Assembly (NCBI GenBank): GCA_017410525.1
Contig: JAFQQQ010000003.1
Span: forward strand, 46,209-110,208
Direction of reading: 5' to 3'
Length of the DNA: 64,000 nucleotides
Origin: Bacilli bacterium
GTDB lineage: Bacteria > Bacillota_I > Bacilli_A > RF39 > UBA660
Under the pieces are notes generated by a model. That model had not been told where the DNA came from, did no database searches, and was given only the letters and a program-made list of their open reading frames with translations. The translations under genes and the position numbers were made by a program. Shown here piece after piece: positions 38,473-49,220 of the stretch; position 1 is the first letter of the stretch, and every line of letters begins with the position of its first letter.

Positions 38473-39957
38473 ATGCATATGAAGAATAAGAAAGTATTAA
38501 AGATAATAATACTAACAATTTGTTTAATATTGATTTTCTTTTCAATATTTATGAAATTAAGATTTAATAATGTCTCATTTGAATTACTTTTGTTTAGTAT
38601 ATTTACATCTAAAGGTGGTAATTTTGATATATTATTATATGGTATTTTATTTGTAGTATCAGGTGTTTTAATTGGTTTAGGTATCATATATTTATTAAAA
38701 TTATTTTATAAAAAAGTATTAAATAAAAAAATAAGTTTTTTAGATAAATTAAGTGATAAGAAAAAATCAATAATAAAACTATTTATTTATATTATAATTG
38801 TTATTATATCTATTACATGTTTACTTAGAATATTAAAAATAGATACTTATATAATGTCACAGTCTAAGGAAACTAACCTTTTTGAAGAATATTATGTGGA
38901 TGGTAGGGATATTAAAATAACTTTTCCTGAAGAAAAAAGAAATCTTATATATATTTATGTCGAATCATTAGAAAGTACTAATATATCAAAGAAAAATGGT
39001 GGATTAGTTAAAGAATCTTACATTCCAAACTTAGAAAAATTGGCTTTAAAAAATGTTAATTTTAGTAATAGTGATAAAATAGGTGGAGCACTCCAAGTAA
39101 ATAATACAGATTGGACTATGGCTGCTTTAATATCTCATACATCTGGAATACCTTTTAAAATATCAATGGATACTAATTTTTATAATAATTATATTAACTC
39201 TTTCCCTGGAGTATATAATTTAGGAGATATATTAGAAGAAAATGGTTATAACAATTATTTTATGATTGGGTCGGATGCTGAATTTGGTGGTAGAAAATCA
39301 TTCTTTGAAACACATGGGAATTATACGATTTATGATTATTATTATGCGATTGAAAATAAAGATATAGAAGAAGATTATTTTGTTTGGTGGGGTTATGAAG
39401 ATAAAAAATTATTTGAGTATGCTAAAGAAAAAATATTAGAAGCAAATGAATTAGAGGAACCATTTAATTTTACACTACTTACAGTAGATACACATTTTAC
39501 AGATGGATACATGGATGATTCTTGTGAAGAAGTGTTTGATAATAAATATGCGAATTCATTCTATTGTTCTGATTTGAAAATAGGAGAGTTTATTGATTGG
39601 ATTAAAGAACAAGATTTCTATGAAAATACTACAATAGTAATAGTAGGAGATCACATGACTATGCAATCTAATTTTTATGAATTAGATAAAAATTATCAAA
39701 GAACTATTTATAATACATTCATCAATTCTAAAATAGAACCAGAAAAAGAAAAGAATAGATTATTTTCTACTCTAGATTTCTTTCCGACAACTCTTGCTTC
39801 ATTAGGAGTAGAAATTGAAGGTAATAAATTAGGGTTGGGTGTTAATTTGTTTTCAGAAGAAAAAACTTTAGTTGAAAAGTTAGGATTAGAAAATTTAAAT
39901 AAAGAAATAAGTAAAAAATCAAGTTACTATGATAATATAATAATAGGCAAAGAATAA
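38473..39957 (+). CDS. LTA-synthase-family sulfatase-like membrane protein
   Basis: N-terminal TM helices plus an extracellular sulfatase-like domain (IYIYVESLEST..TDWTMAALISHTSGIP). Compact at 494 aa. Confidence 0.55.
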   Translation: MHMKNKKVLKIIILTICLILIFFSIFMKLRFNNVSFELLLFSIFTSKGGNFDILLYGILFVVSGVLIGLGIIYLLKLFYKKVLNKKISFLDKLSDKKKSIIKLFIYIIIVIISITCLLRILKIDTYIMSQSKETNLFEEYYVDGRDIKITFPEEKRNLIYIYVESLESTNISKKNGGLVKESYIPNLEKLALKNVNFSNSDKIGGALQVNNTDWTMAALISHTSGIPFKISMDTNFYNNYINSFPGVYNLGDILEENGYNNYFMIGSDAEFGGRKSFFETHGNYTIYDYYYAIENKDIEEDYFVWWGYEDKKLFEYAKEKILEANELEEPFNFTLLTVDTHFTDGYMDDSCEEVFDNKYANSFYCSDLKIGEFIDWIKEQDFYENTTIVIVGDHMTMQSNFYELDKNYQRTIYNTFINSKIEPEKEKNRLFSTLDFFPTTLASLGVEIEGNKLGLGVNLFSEEKTLVEKLGLENLNKEISKKSSYYDNIIIGKE

Positions 39958-40015
39958 AGAACTTTGTTCTTTTTCTTTTTATGAAATAATGATATAATAC
40001 ATACAGGTGATTTCT

Positions 40016-41794
40016 ATGGATGAGAGATTAAAAAATAAATTATCTTTATTACCACAACTTCCAGGGTGTTATTTAATGAAAAATAAAGATGGAGTTATTA
40101 TATATGTAGGTAAAGCAAAGAAGTTAAAAAATAGAGTAAATTCTTATTTTAGGGGTAAACACTATGGTAAAACTGCTAAATTAGTTAGTGAAATAGTAGA
40201 TTTTGAATACATAGTTGTTAATAGTGAGATTGAATCTTTAATATTAGAACTTAATTTAATAAAAAAATATGATCCTAAATATAATATATTACTTAGAGAT
40301 GATAAATCTTATCCATATATAGAACTTACTGATAATAAGGTTCCAACATTAAAAGTAGTTAGAAATATAAATTTAAAAAAGAAATCTAAACATTTATATG
40401 GTCCTTATCCAAACGTTACAGCAGCTAGAAACACAGTTAATCTATTAAATAGACTATATCCTTTAAGAAAGTGTAACACGTATCAAAAAAGACCATGTCT
40501 ATACTTTCATATAGGAGAATGTTTAGGGTATTGTGCGAATAAAATAGAAGATAGTAAAATACAAGAAATGAAAAATGAAATAATTAAATTTTTAAATGGA
40601 GATCACACTTTAGTAACTAAAAAGATAAAAGAAAAAATGGAATATGAAAGTAGTTTACTACACTTCGAAAAAGCTTTAGAATATAAAGAATTACTAGATT
40701 ATATAAATATAACTTTAACTAATCAAGAAGTAGAACTTAAAGATAATGTAGATAGAGATATATTTGGATATTATTTAGATAAAGGATATTTAAGTATACA
40801 AGTATTCTTTATAAGAGGATCTAAAATAGTATCTAGAAAGTCTAAAATATTTGATATAGTAGATGATGTAGGTGAAGAATTAACTAGATATATTGCTAGA
40901 TTCTATAATAATTTAAATAAACCGAAAGAAATACTTGTTCCAAGTATAGTTGATGATAAACTATTAAGTGAATACTTAGAAATGAATGTAAGAAAACCTA
41001 TAAAAGGTGAAAAATTAAAGTTAGTTAATAATGCATGTGAGAATGCTAAAATAATGCTAAATGAAAAATTTGAACTTATAAAAAAAGATGAAGAAAAAAC
41101 AATTAAAGCTAATGGAGAATTAAAAGAAAAATTAAAATTAGATAGACTTTCTAGAATAGAAATATTTGATAATGCTCATCTTTTTGGAACTTATACTGTA
41201 TCTGGTATGGCAGTATTTATAGATGGAGTTCCAAGTAAGAATAATTATAGAAAATTTAAAATAAGTGTTGATACTAATGATGATTATGGTGCCTTTAGAG
41301 AAGTATTATATAGAAGATATTTTAGAGTTTTAAAAGATAATCTAGAAAGACCAGATTTAATAATAGTTGATGGTGGTATAGGACAAATAAATGCTGCTAG
41401 AGATATAATAAATAGTTTAAATCTAGGTATACCAGTTGTAGGACTAAAAAAAGATAATAAACATACAACAGAAGCACTTCTAGCTTTTGATCCTATAGAA
41501 GAAGTTAAAATAGATAAAAAAAGCAATTTATTTTACTTGTTAGAAAGAATGCAAGATGAAGTACATGAATTTACTATAAATTATCACAAGCAAATAAGAA
41601 GTAAAGGTAGTTTATCTAGTATATTAGATAATGTAGAAGGTATTGGAGAAAAAAGAAAAAAAGAATTATTAAAAAAATATAAAACATTAAATAAAATTAA
41701 AGAAACTAGTATAGAGGAATTAGAAAATATATTACCTAGAAATATAGCTATAAATTTATTAGATTTCTTAAAAGAATATAATAATAAAAATTGA
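40016..41794 (+). CDS. uvrC: excinuclease ABC subunit C
   Basis: GIY-YIG block LPQLPGCYLMKNKDGVIIYVGKAKKLKNRVNSYF. C-terminal HhH. ATG at 40016 after AGGTGA. Confidence 0.9.
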   Translation: MDERLKNKLSLLPQLPGCYLMKNKDGVIIYVGKAKKLKNRVNSYFRGKHYGKTAKLVSEIVDFEYIVVNSEIESLILELNLIKKYDPKYNILLRDDKSYPYIELTDNKVPTLKVVRNINLKKKSKHLYGPYPNVTAARNTVNLLNRLYPLRKCNTYQKRPCLYFHIGECLGYCANKIEDSKIQEMKNEIIKFLNGDHTLVTKKIKEKMEYESSLLHFEKALEYKELLDYINITLTNQEVELKDNVDRDIFGYYLDKGYLSIQVFFIRGSKIVSRKSKIFDIVDDVGEELTRYIARFYNNLNKPKEILVPSIVDDKLLSEYLEMNVRKPIKGEKLKLVNNACENAKIMLNEKFELIKKDEEKTIKANGELKEKLKLDRLSRIEIFDNAHLFGTYTVSGMAVFIDGVPSKNNYRKFKISVDTNDDYGAFREVLYRRYFRVLKDNLERPDLIIVDGGIGQINAARDIINSLNLGIPVVGLKKDNKHTTEALLAFDPIEEVKIDKKSNLFYLLERMQDEVHEFTINYHKQIRSKGSLSSILDNVEGIGEKRKKELLKKYKTLNKIKETSIEELENILPRNIAINLLDFLKEYNNKN

Positions 41795-41841
41795 TTTTAA
41801 TATAAAAAAGTGCTATTATAATACTTACTTGGGGGAATAAT

Positions 41842-42543
41842 ATGAATAAATATTTAGAAGAATATAGTTATTTTTTCAATAATATATATCCTTATTTAGG
41901 TAAAAAAGAACAAAAAATGTGTTTAAAAGAATTAAAAAGAGAATTAAAATATAAAAAAATTGATGAAAAGAAAGAATTAGAAAAAATATTACTTAAGGAT
42001 GATATAGTAAAAAGTATTGAAGATAATAAAGAAATATTACTTGCTATAATACCCGAATTAAATGACATGATAGATTTTGAGCACAATCATCCGCATCATC
42101 ATTTAGATGTATGGAATCATACAATATGTGCTTTAAGTTATTCTTATAAAGATTTTGATTTGAGGTTATGTTTATTACTTCATGATATAGGTAAACCGCA
42201 TAGTTATCAAGATGGTGATGTTAGACATTTTAAAGGCCATCCTAAAGCATCTAGTAATATTTCAAGAACTATTTTAAATAGGTTAGGTTATGAAAAAGAT
42301 TATGTAGAAGAGATTTGTTATTTAATAGAAAATCATGATAATCCATTAACTTATTATGATATTTTAGATAACTTTGATTTAACTTTGAAAAGATATTTGA
42401 TTCAATATTGTGATGCACTCGCTCATAATCCAGAAAAGTTAGAAAAAAGAATTAAATATTTAAAAAGTACTTTAGAAAAATTTAAAGAATGTAAACCTAA
42501 TATTGAAAAAAAGGTAAAAACTAAAATAAAATATAATTTATAG
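41842..42543 (+). CDS. HD-domain phosphohydrolase
   Basis: HD motif LLLHDIGKP with histidine-rich metal ligands. Confidence 0.7.
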   Translation: MNKYLEEYSYFFNNIYPYLGKKEQKMCLKELKRELKYKKIDEKKELEKILLKDDIVKSIEDNKEILLAIIPELNDMIDFEHNHPHHHLDVWNHTICALSYSYKDFDLRLCLLLHDIGKPHSYQDGDVRHFKGHPKASSNISRTILNRLGYEKDYVEEICYLIENHDNPLTYYDILDNFDLTLKRYLIQYCDALAHNPEKLEKRIKYLKSTLEKFKECKPNIEKKVKTKIKYNL

Positions 42544-42548
42544 AAATT

Positions 42549-42573
42549 GAAATCAAAAAATGATTTCTTTTTT
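42549..42573 (+). terminator. intrinsic terminator
   Basis: GAAATCA-AAAAA-TGATTTC hairpin followed by a T-run. Confidence 0.55.
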
Positions 42574-42611
42574 ATTTATTTTATAGTATAATTATTAAAG
42601 GAGTTGATACT

Positions 42612-44036
42612 ATGGCTAATAAAGCTATAACAAGTAGAGATATAGATTTTGCTAAATGGTATACAGATGTAGTTAAAGCTGCTCATCTTGCTGATTATTC
42701 TAATGTTAAAGGATGTACAGTTTTTGAACCTAACGGATATGCTATATGGGAAAAAATGCAAAGTGTACTTGACGGAATGTTTAAGAGATCAGGTCACAAA
42801 AATGTATATATGCCAGTACTTATACCAGAAAACCTAATGAAAAAAGAAGGAGAACTAATAAATGGATTTGCTCCTGAAGTTGCATGGGTAACAATAGGTG
42901 GTCAAAAAGAATTAGAAGAAAAAATGTGTATTAGACCAACTTCAGAAACATTATTTAGTGATTATTATGCAGCTAAAGTTAAATCATATAGAGATTTACC
43001 TTTAAAATATAATCAATGGTGTAATGTAATGAGATGGGAAAAAGAAACAAGACCATTCTTAAGAAGTAGAGAATTCTTATGGCAAGAAGGTCATACAGTA
43101 CATGCTACTAGGGAAGAAGCGGAACAAGAAACAAGAGATATGTTAAATACATATAAAACTTTCTTTGAAGATTATTTAGCTATTCCAGTAATAACAGGAA
43201 GAAAAACAGAAAAAGAAAAATTTGCTGGAGCTGAATATACTTTAACAGTAGAATCTTTAATGTATAATGGCGTTTCTTTACAATCAGGAACAAGCCATTA
43301 CTTTGGACAAAAATTTAGTAAAGCTTATGATATAAAATTTTTAAATAAAGCAAATGAACTAGAACATGCATATCAAACTTCTTGGGGAGTAACAACAAGA
43401 ATGATTGGTGCTTTAATAATGGTTCATAGCGATGATGATGGACTTGTTTTACCACCTAACATCGCACCAACAAGGGTGGCTATTATACCAATTGGTGATA
43501 ATGAAGAAGTAAAAAATCTAGTAGAAGATACATATAACAAATTAAAAGAAAATAATATAAGTTTTTATATAGATGATACAGATAAATCTCCAGGATTTAA
43601 GTTTGCTGAAGCTGAAGTAAATGGAATACCAGTAAGAATTGAAATAGGTGCACGTGATTTAGAAAATGGTAAAATAACTATTGCAAGAAGAGATACTAAA
43701 GAAAAATATCAAGTAGATAAAGATATTGATATAGTAAGTTATGTAAAAGAATTAATGGATACAATACAAAATGATATGTTTGAAAGAGCAAAGATAAGAC
43801 GCGATAATCAAACATATGAAGCACATACTCTTGAAGATGTAGAACAAATCATGAATAGTCATCCTGGATTTGTTAAGGCAATGTGGTGTGGCGATGAAGA
43901 CTGCGAATTAAAAATGAAAGAAATTCGCGGTACTAAATCAAGATGTATTATGGAAAACCACGGTCATATTGATGATAAATGTGTAGTATGTGGTAAAGAA
44001 GCAAAAGAGTTAGTTGTATGGGGAATACAATATTAA
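42612..44036 (+). CDS. proS: prolyl-tRNA synthetase, archaeal/eukaryotic type
   Basis: 474 aa. N-terminal catalytic core. No bacterial INS editing domain. C-terminal Zn-binding domain ...WCGDEDCE...CVVCGKEA. Ends ...WGIQY. Confidence 0.85.
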   Translation: MANKAITSRDIDFAKWYTDVVKAAHLADYSNVKGCTVFEPNGYAIWEKMQSVLDGMFKRSGHKNVYMPVLIPENLMKKEGELINGFAPEVAWVTIGGQKELEEKMCIRPTSETLFSDYYAAKVKSYRDLPLKYNQWCNVMRWEKETRPFLRSREFLWQEGHTVHATREEAEQETRDMLNTYKTFFEDYLAIPVITGRKTEKEKFAGAEYTLTVESLMYNGVSLQSGTSHYFGQKFSKAYDIKFLNKANELEHAYQTSWGVTTRMIGALIMVHSDDDGLVLPPNIAPTRVAIIPIGDNEEVKNLVEDTYNKLKENNISFYIDDTDKSPGFKFAEAEVNGIPVRIEIGARDLENGKITIARRDTKEKYQVDKDIDIVSYVKELMDTIQNDMFERAKIRRDNQTYEAHTLEDVEQIMNSHPGFVKAMWCGDEDCELKMKEIRGTKSRCIMENHGHIDDKCVVCGKEAKELVVWGIQY

Positions 44037-44048
44037 AAAGGAGAGTTT

Positions 44049-44591
44049 ATGGAAGATATTTTAATGAATGCAGAAATGGAAATGGAAACTGCAATTGAAA
44101 ATTTAGAAAAAAGATTTTTAAATATACGTGCTGGACGTGCTAATCCTGCTATGTTAGATGCTGTTATGGTAAATTATTATGGATCTGATACTCCATTAAA
44201 ACAACTTGCTACTATATCAGTACCAGAAGCAAGACAACTTTGTATTAAACCTTTTGATAGAAGTAGTATAAGTGCTATTGAAAAAGGTATTTATGAAGCA
44301 AATATAGGATTAACTCCTAATAACAATGGAGAAATGATTATACTTAATATTCCTGCTTTAACAGAAGAAACAAGAAGAGGATATGTTAAACAAGCTAAAG
44401 AATATGCTGAAGATTGTAAAATTGTTTTAAGAAATATTAGACAAGATGCTAATAATGATATCAAAAAACTTGAATTACCTGAAGACGATATTAAAGGTGG
44501 TCAAGAAGACGTTCAAGAATTAATAAATAAATATAATAAAATAGTAGATGAAAAATTAAAAATAAAAGAAACTGAATTAATGACAATTTAA
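44049..44591 (+). CDS. frr: ribosome recycling factor
   Basis: 180-aa typical Frr (..NIRAGRANPAMLD..VPEARQL..). Confidence 0.85.
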   Translation: MEDILMNAEMEMETAIENLEKRFLNIRAGRANPAMLDAVMVNYYGSDTPLKQLATISVPEARQLCIKPFDRSSISAIEKGIYEANIGLTPNNNGEMIILNIPALTEETRRGYVKQAKEYAEDCKIVLRNIRQDANNDIKKLELPEDDIKGGQEDVQELINKYNKIVDEKLKIKETELMTI

Positions 44592-44616
44592 AAAGTTCAT
44601 AAGAACTTTTTATTTT
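44591..44616 (+). terminator. intrinsic terminator after frr
   Basis: AAAAGTTC-ATAA-GAACTTTT hairpin followed by a T-run. Confidence 0.55.
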
Positions 44617-44656
44617 ATTTTTAGATATAGTGTGTTATAATAATAATGGTGATGAT

Positions 44657-45778
44657 ATGAATAAGAATATAGATAAGAATAATTTAAATGATGTTATAAG
44701 TATATCTAAAAAAATATTAAAGCTATTTTATACGCTTTTAATAGTGATAGGTGCTTATGTGCTTTTAAGAATAGTTAAGGAATTAGGATTACTAAGTTTT
44801 TTAGTTACTATTATAAAAGTATTAAGTCCATTATTTATAGGTATAGTAGTTGCATGGTTATTAAAACCTTTTGTTAAGTGGTTAGAAGATAAAAAAGTTA
44901 GAAGGGGATTGGGATCTGCTTTAGCATACGTAATACTTATTGGAGCTATTATATTACTTGTAAAATCTATAATACCACTCATTTACAATCAAACGATAGA
45001 TTTAGTGGGTAATTTTCCAGATATATTTGCTACTGTTAAAACTTGGATTGAAGGAATATTTAACAATATTAATTCAAGTACAGTAAATATTGAAACCTTC
45101 CAAAACAATTTAATGGTAAGATTAGATGAAATATCAGTTAATCTTTCAACAACTCTCCCATCATTTATAATTAATTCTGCCACAACAGTAATTTCTTATA
45201 TAGGAACATTCTTAATTGGTTTAGTAATTGGTTTCTTCTTATTATTAAACTCTTATAATGTAGAAAATGTTGTTATGGATATAACACCTAAAAAATGGAG
45301 AAAAACATTTCATGAATTAGGAGAAAAAATAAACCAATCTTTAAGAAACTATGTTAATGGTGCCTTACTTGATGCAGGAGTAGTATTTGTAATATCAACA
45401 ATTGCTTTCGCTTTAATAGGTTTAAAAGCTCCAGTACTTTTTGGTATATTTTGTGGACTTATGAATGTAATACCATATGCTGGACCATATATAGGAGGAG
45501 CTCCTGCTGTTATAGTTGCATTCTCGCAAGGAACCGGAGTTGGTATTGCAGTACTGATTGCTATTGTTGCTATACAAATGATAGAAGGAAATGTATTACA
45601 AACTTTAATTATTAGTAAAACTACTAAATTAAATCCAGTAACTATTATTATAGGATTACTTGTTTTTGGACATTTCTTTGGAATAGTGGGTATGTTATTA
45701 TCTACTCCGATAATTGGAGTGTGTAAAGTAATAATTAAATATTTTGATGATAAGTATGATTTATTAAACTTCAATTAG
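44657..45778 (+). CDS. AI-2E family transporter (UPF0118 permease)
   Basis: Polytopic membrane protein, about 370 aa. The listed GTG 44630 start overlaps the extended -10 TGTGTTATAAT (44633-44641); the ATG at 44657 is more likely. Confidence 0.7.
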   Translation: MNKNIDKNNLNDVISISKKILKLFYTLLIVIGAYVLLRIVKELGLLSFLVTIIKVLSPLFIGIVVAWLLKPFVKWLEDKKVRRGLGSALAYVILIGAIILLVKSIIPLIYNQTIDLVGNFPDIFATVKTWIEGIFNNINSSTVNIETFQNNLMVRLDEISVNLSTTLPSFIINSATTVISYIGTFLIGLVIGFFLLLNSYNVENVVMDITPKKWRKTFHELGEKINQSLRNYVNGALLDAGVVFVISTIAFALIGLKAPVLFGIFCGLMNVIPYAGPYIGGAPAVIVAFSQGTGVGIAVLIAIVAIQMIEGNVLQTLIISKTTKLNPVTIIIGLLVFGHFFGIVGMLLSTPIIGVCKVIIKYFDDKYDLLNFN

Positions 45779-45789
45779 GGGGAGTATAT

Positions 45790-46326
45790 ATGGAATTCAT
45801 TAAAAGAAATCCCAAAATATTTATTATTTCTGGTAAAGCTAGAAGTGGGAAAAATGAAATATCTAAAATAATTGAAAAAAGTTATAGTAATAAAAAATGT
45901 ATTACTATTTCTTTTGGTTATTATATAAAAGATTATGTTAAGAGAATTAGTGATTGGGATGGCAGTGAAGAAACTAAACCAAGAGACCTTTTACAACACT
46001 TAGGAATAGAATTGGTAAGAAATAAGATAAATAAAAGATTATTTATTGATAGAATATTACAAGATATTGAGATATTTTCTTACTTTTATGATATAATAGT
46101 CGTCAGCGACGTAAGATTGCTTGACGAAATAACAATTTTAAAAAAAATTTATCCTAACTCTACAAGTATTAGAGTAGTCAGAAATAACTATCAAAACAAT
46201 TTAACCGAAGAACAAAAAAATCATTTAACCGAAATCGATTTAGATAATTATAATGATTTTGATTATATAATAGAAAATGATGATAAGTTAGAAGAAAAGG
46301 TAATAAAAATATTAAGTGAGGTGTAG
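45790..46326 (+). CDS. P-loop nucleoside/nucleotide kinase-like protein
   Basis: Walker A block IFIISGKARSGKNEISKII. 178 aa. Exact family uncertain. Confidence 0.5.
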   Translation: MEFIKRNPKIFIISGKARSGKNEISKIIEKSYSNKKCITISFGYYIKDYVKRISDWDGSEETKPRDLLQHLGIELVRNKINKRLFIDRILQDIEIFSYFYDIIVVSDVRLLDEITILKKIYPNSTSIRVVRNNYQNNLTEEQKNHLTEIDLDNYNDFDYIIENDDKLEEKVIKILSEV

Positions 46327-46327
46327 T

Positions 46328-46975
46328 ATGAGTAAAATAGTTGCTATAGATGGACCTGCTGGTAGTGGTAAAGGTACAGTTGCTAAAATATTAGCTGATC
46401 AATGTAATCTAACATATATTGATACAGGGGCAATGTATAGGGCAATCGCTTATGCTTCTTTACAAAATAACATTAAAATAAGTGAAGAAGATAAAATAGT
46501 TCAACTTGCTAAAAACTCTAAAATAGATTTTATAGATGGTAAAACATATTTAAATGGAAAAGATATTAGTAAAGAAATTAGAACTATGGAAGTAACTAGA
46601 ATAGTATCTCCTTTGTCTAGTATAGTTAAATTAAGAGAAATACTAGTAGATATGCAAAGAGAAATGGCAAGCAATTTGGATGTAATTATGGAGGGCAGAG
46701 ACATAACTACAGTAGTATTTCCTAATGCAACATACAAGTTTTACTTAGATGCAACTCTTGATGAAAGAGCCAATCGTAGATATAAAGAAAATAAAGAAAA
46801 AGGCATGGATGTAACATTAGAAGAAATAAAGGAAAATATAAGTAAAAGAGATTATAATGATATGCATAAAGAAGTAGGTTCTTTAACTAGAACTGAAGAT
46901 GCTATTTATATAGATTCTACTAATTTAAACATAGAAGAAGTAGTGAAAAAAATAAAGAACATAATAGAGGTGTAA
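46328..46975 (+). CDS. cmk: cytidylate kinase
   Basis: MSKIVAIDGPAGSGKGTVAK. 215 aa from the ATG at 46328. Confidence 0.9.
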   Translation: MSKIVAIDGPAGSGKGTVAKILADQCNLTYIDTGAMYRAIAYASLQNNIKISEEDKIVQLAKNSKIDFIDGKTYLNGKDISKEIRTMEVTRIVSPLSSIVKLREILVDMQREMASNLDVIMEGRDITTVVFPNATYKFYLDATLDERANRRYKENKEKGMDVTLEEIKENISKRDYNDMHKEVGSLTRTEDAIYIDSTNLNIEEVVKKIKNIIEV

Positions 46976-46976
46976 C

Positions 46977-48725
46977 ATGAATTTAAAAGATTTATATATT
47001 GACTTTTTTGTAAGTAAAGGACACAAACAAATACCAAGTGCTCCAGTAGTACCTGAAAATGACCCAAGCGTATTATTTAATACTGCTGGTATGCAACCTT
47101 TAATACCGTATTTAACAGGTAAAGAACACCCATATGGGACTAGACTTGTAGATTATCAAAAATGTATTAGAACTAATGATTTAGATGAAATTGGTGATAC
47201 TTATCACCACACTTTCTTTGAAATGTTAGGTAACTGGTCATTAGGAGATTATTTTAAAAAAGAAGCTATTACTTGGAGTTTTGAATTTTTAACTCAAGTA
47301 CTAAATATCCCTGTTGAAAGATTAGGCGTTACAGTATTTGCTGGTAACGATATAATTCCTACAGACGAAGAAGCAATAGAAATATGGAAAAGTTTGGGAA
47401 TAAATGAAGATAGAATATGTCCGACTTCAACAGATAATTTTTGGATCGCAGGAGACACAGGACCATGTGGACCTGATAGTGAAATGTTTTATTTTAGAAG
47501 TGATGATGAAATACCTACTAAATTTGATCCAGAAGATGAAAGATGGGTAGAAATTTGGAACAATGTTTTTATGCAATATTATAAACATCAGGATGGTAGT
47601 ATAACAGAACTTCCTAAAAAAAATGTTGATACAGGAATGGGATTAGAAAGAGTAGTTGCTGTTTTAGAAGGCGTTAATGATAATTATAAATCTTCAGTTT
47701 GGAAAGATATAATTGAGAAATTAGAAAAAATATCAAATAAAACTTATGAGGGTAATGAAAAAAGTATGAGAATAATCGCCGATCATATTAGAACTGCTGT
47801 ATTTATTTCTGCAGATCCTGCTGGAATTAAACCATCTAATACAGATCAAGGTTATATACTTAGAAGACTTATTAGAAGAGCAATTCGTCACTCTAAAAAA
47901 TTAAATATTGATATAAATAGTAATTGGGAAGAAGAAATTGCTATAGCTATAATGAATAAATATAAAAAATATTATATCGAAATAGAAACAAATTACAATG
48001 TTGTGTTAGAGGTGTTAAAAAATGAAAAAATTAAATTTAATAGAACCCTTGAAAAAGGCTTAAGAGAATTTGAAAAAATAACAAATAATATAACTAATAA
48101 TATATTAAATAGAGATTTAGCTTTTAAATTGTATGATACATATGGATTCCCGATTGAACTTACAGAAGAACTTGCGAAAGAAAAAAACATATCTGTTGAT
48201 GTAGAAGGATTTAAAGAAAAATTTAAAGAACACCAAGAAAAGTCTAGAACTGCATCACAAGGTAAGTTTAAAGGAGGCCTTTCTGGAAACAGTGAAATAG
48301 AGACTAAATACCATACAGCCACTCATTTACTTAATGCCGCATTAAAACAGGTAGTTGGTTCTGATGTTCATCAAAAAGGAAGTAATATAACTGCAGAAAG
48401 AATGAGATTTGATTTTTCTTGCGATCATAAATTAACTGATCATGAAAAGTTAAATGTAGAAGAATTAGTAAATAAATGGATTAGGGAAGGAATAGATGTA
48501 GTAAGTACTGAGATGAGTAAAGAAGAAGCAATTAAATCAGGAGCTGAATGTATGTTCATTGAAAAATATCCTGACATTGTTACTGTTTATTCAATAGGTG
48601 ACATATCTAAGGAGTTATGTGGAGGTCCACATGTTAAAAACACTAGTGAAATTGGTTCATTTAAAATAAAAAAAGAAGAAGCAAGCAGTGCTGGTGTAAG
48701 AAGAATTAAAGCAGTAATAGAATAA
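46977..48725 (+). CDS. alaS: compact alanyl-tRNA synthetase (catalytic + tRNA-recognition + editing domains; no C-Ala domain)
   Basis: Class-II AlaRS motifs (FFVSKGHKQIPSAPVV, HHTFFEMLGNWSLGDYFK, GPCGPDSEMFYF). Editing domain HTATHLLNAAL...CGGPH. Protein ends after the editing domain at 582 aa. Confidence 0.7.
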   Translation: MNLKDLYIDFFVSKGHKQIPSAPVVPENDPSVLFNTAGMQPLIPYLTGKEHPYGTRLVDYQKCIRTNDLDEIGDTYHHTFFEMLGNWSLGDYFKKEAITWSFEFLTQVLNIPVERLGVTVFAGNDIIPTDEEAIEIWKSLGINEDRICPTSTDNFWIAGDTGPCGPDSEMFYFRSDDEIPTKFDPEDERWVEIWNNVFMQYYKHQDGSITELPKKNVDTGMGLERVVAVLEGVNDNYKSSVWKDIIEKLEKISNKTYEGNEKSMRIIADHIRTAVFISADPAGIKPSNTDQGYILRRLIRRAIRHSKKLNIDINSNWEEEIAIAIMNKYKKYYIEIETNYNVVLEVLKNEKIKFNRTLEKGLREFEKITNNITNNILNRDLAFKLYDTYGFPIELTEELAKEKNISVDVEGFKEKFKEHQEKSRTASQGKFKGGLSGNSEIETKYHTATHLLNAALKQVVGSDVHQKGSNITAERMRFDFSCDHKLTDHEKLNVEELVNKWIREGIDVVSTEMSKEEAIKSGAECMFIEKYPDIVTVYSIGDISKELCGGPHVKNTSEIGSFKIKKEEASSAGVRRIKAVIE

Positions 48726-48756
48726 AAAAAGTTGAGAAATAATTTTCTCAACTTTT
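48723..48756. terminator. bidirectional intrinsic terminator
   Basis: AGTTGAGAAA-TAAT-TTTCTCAACT perfect hairpin flanked by an A-run and a T-run, between convergent genes. Confidence 0.7.
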
Positions 48757-48968
48757 TATCTTGTTTTTGCTATAAAATCTTTAATTTCAGACATTTCTTT
48801 AGTACATACAATAGTATCGTCAGCTTTTACTCTTTTAGTTAAAGTATTAAGTAAAGTAATTTTTTCTCTAAGTTCTTTCCAATAACTTGAGTCTTTACTT
48901 TTAGCATTCAAACATCTATGAATTAAATCAAATTTATATATAGCTAATTGTTCATTTATATCAAACAT
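48756..48968 (-). CDS. hypothetical small protein (70 aa)
   Basis: Strong RBS AAGGAGGG before ATG (MFDINEQ...). Followed by the bidirectional terminator. Confidence 0.5.
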   Translation of the reverse strand: MFDINEQLAIYKFDLIHRCLNAKSKDSSYWKELREKITLLNTLTKRVKADDTIVCTKEMSEIKDFIAKTR

Positions 48969-49220
48969 TTTGTCCCTCCTTAAAAAACACAACGAGATAG
49001 TATTATACACTAATTATAGAAAAGGTCAAGTTTAATTTAACATTTTTCACATTATGTTATTCTTTATGTAAGTTAATCTATATGACAATACTAAAAATTA
49101 ATTTGATATTAATAATTAAATAAAATTACATAAGGAAATGTAAATAAAAACATAAAATTAGGTAAAAATTCGTTCAAATAAAGAAAAATTGTGTTATAAT
49201 TATATGTAGGATGTGATTTT

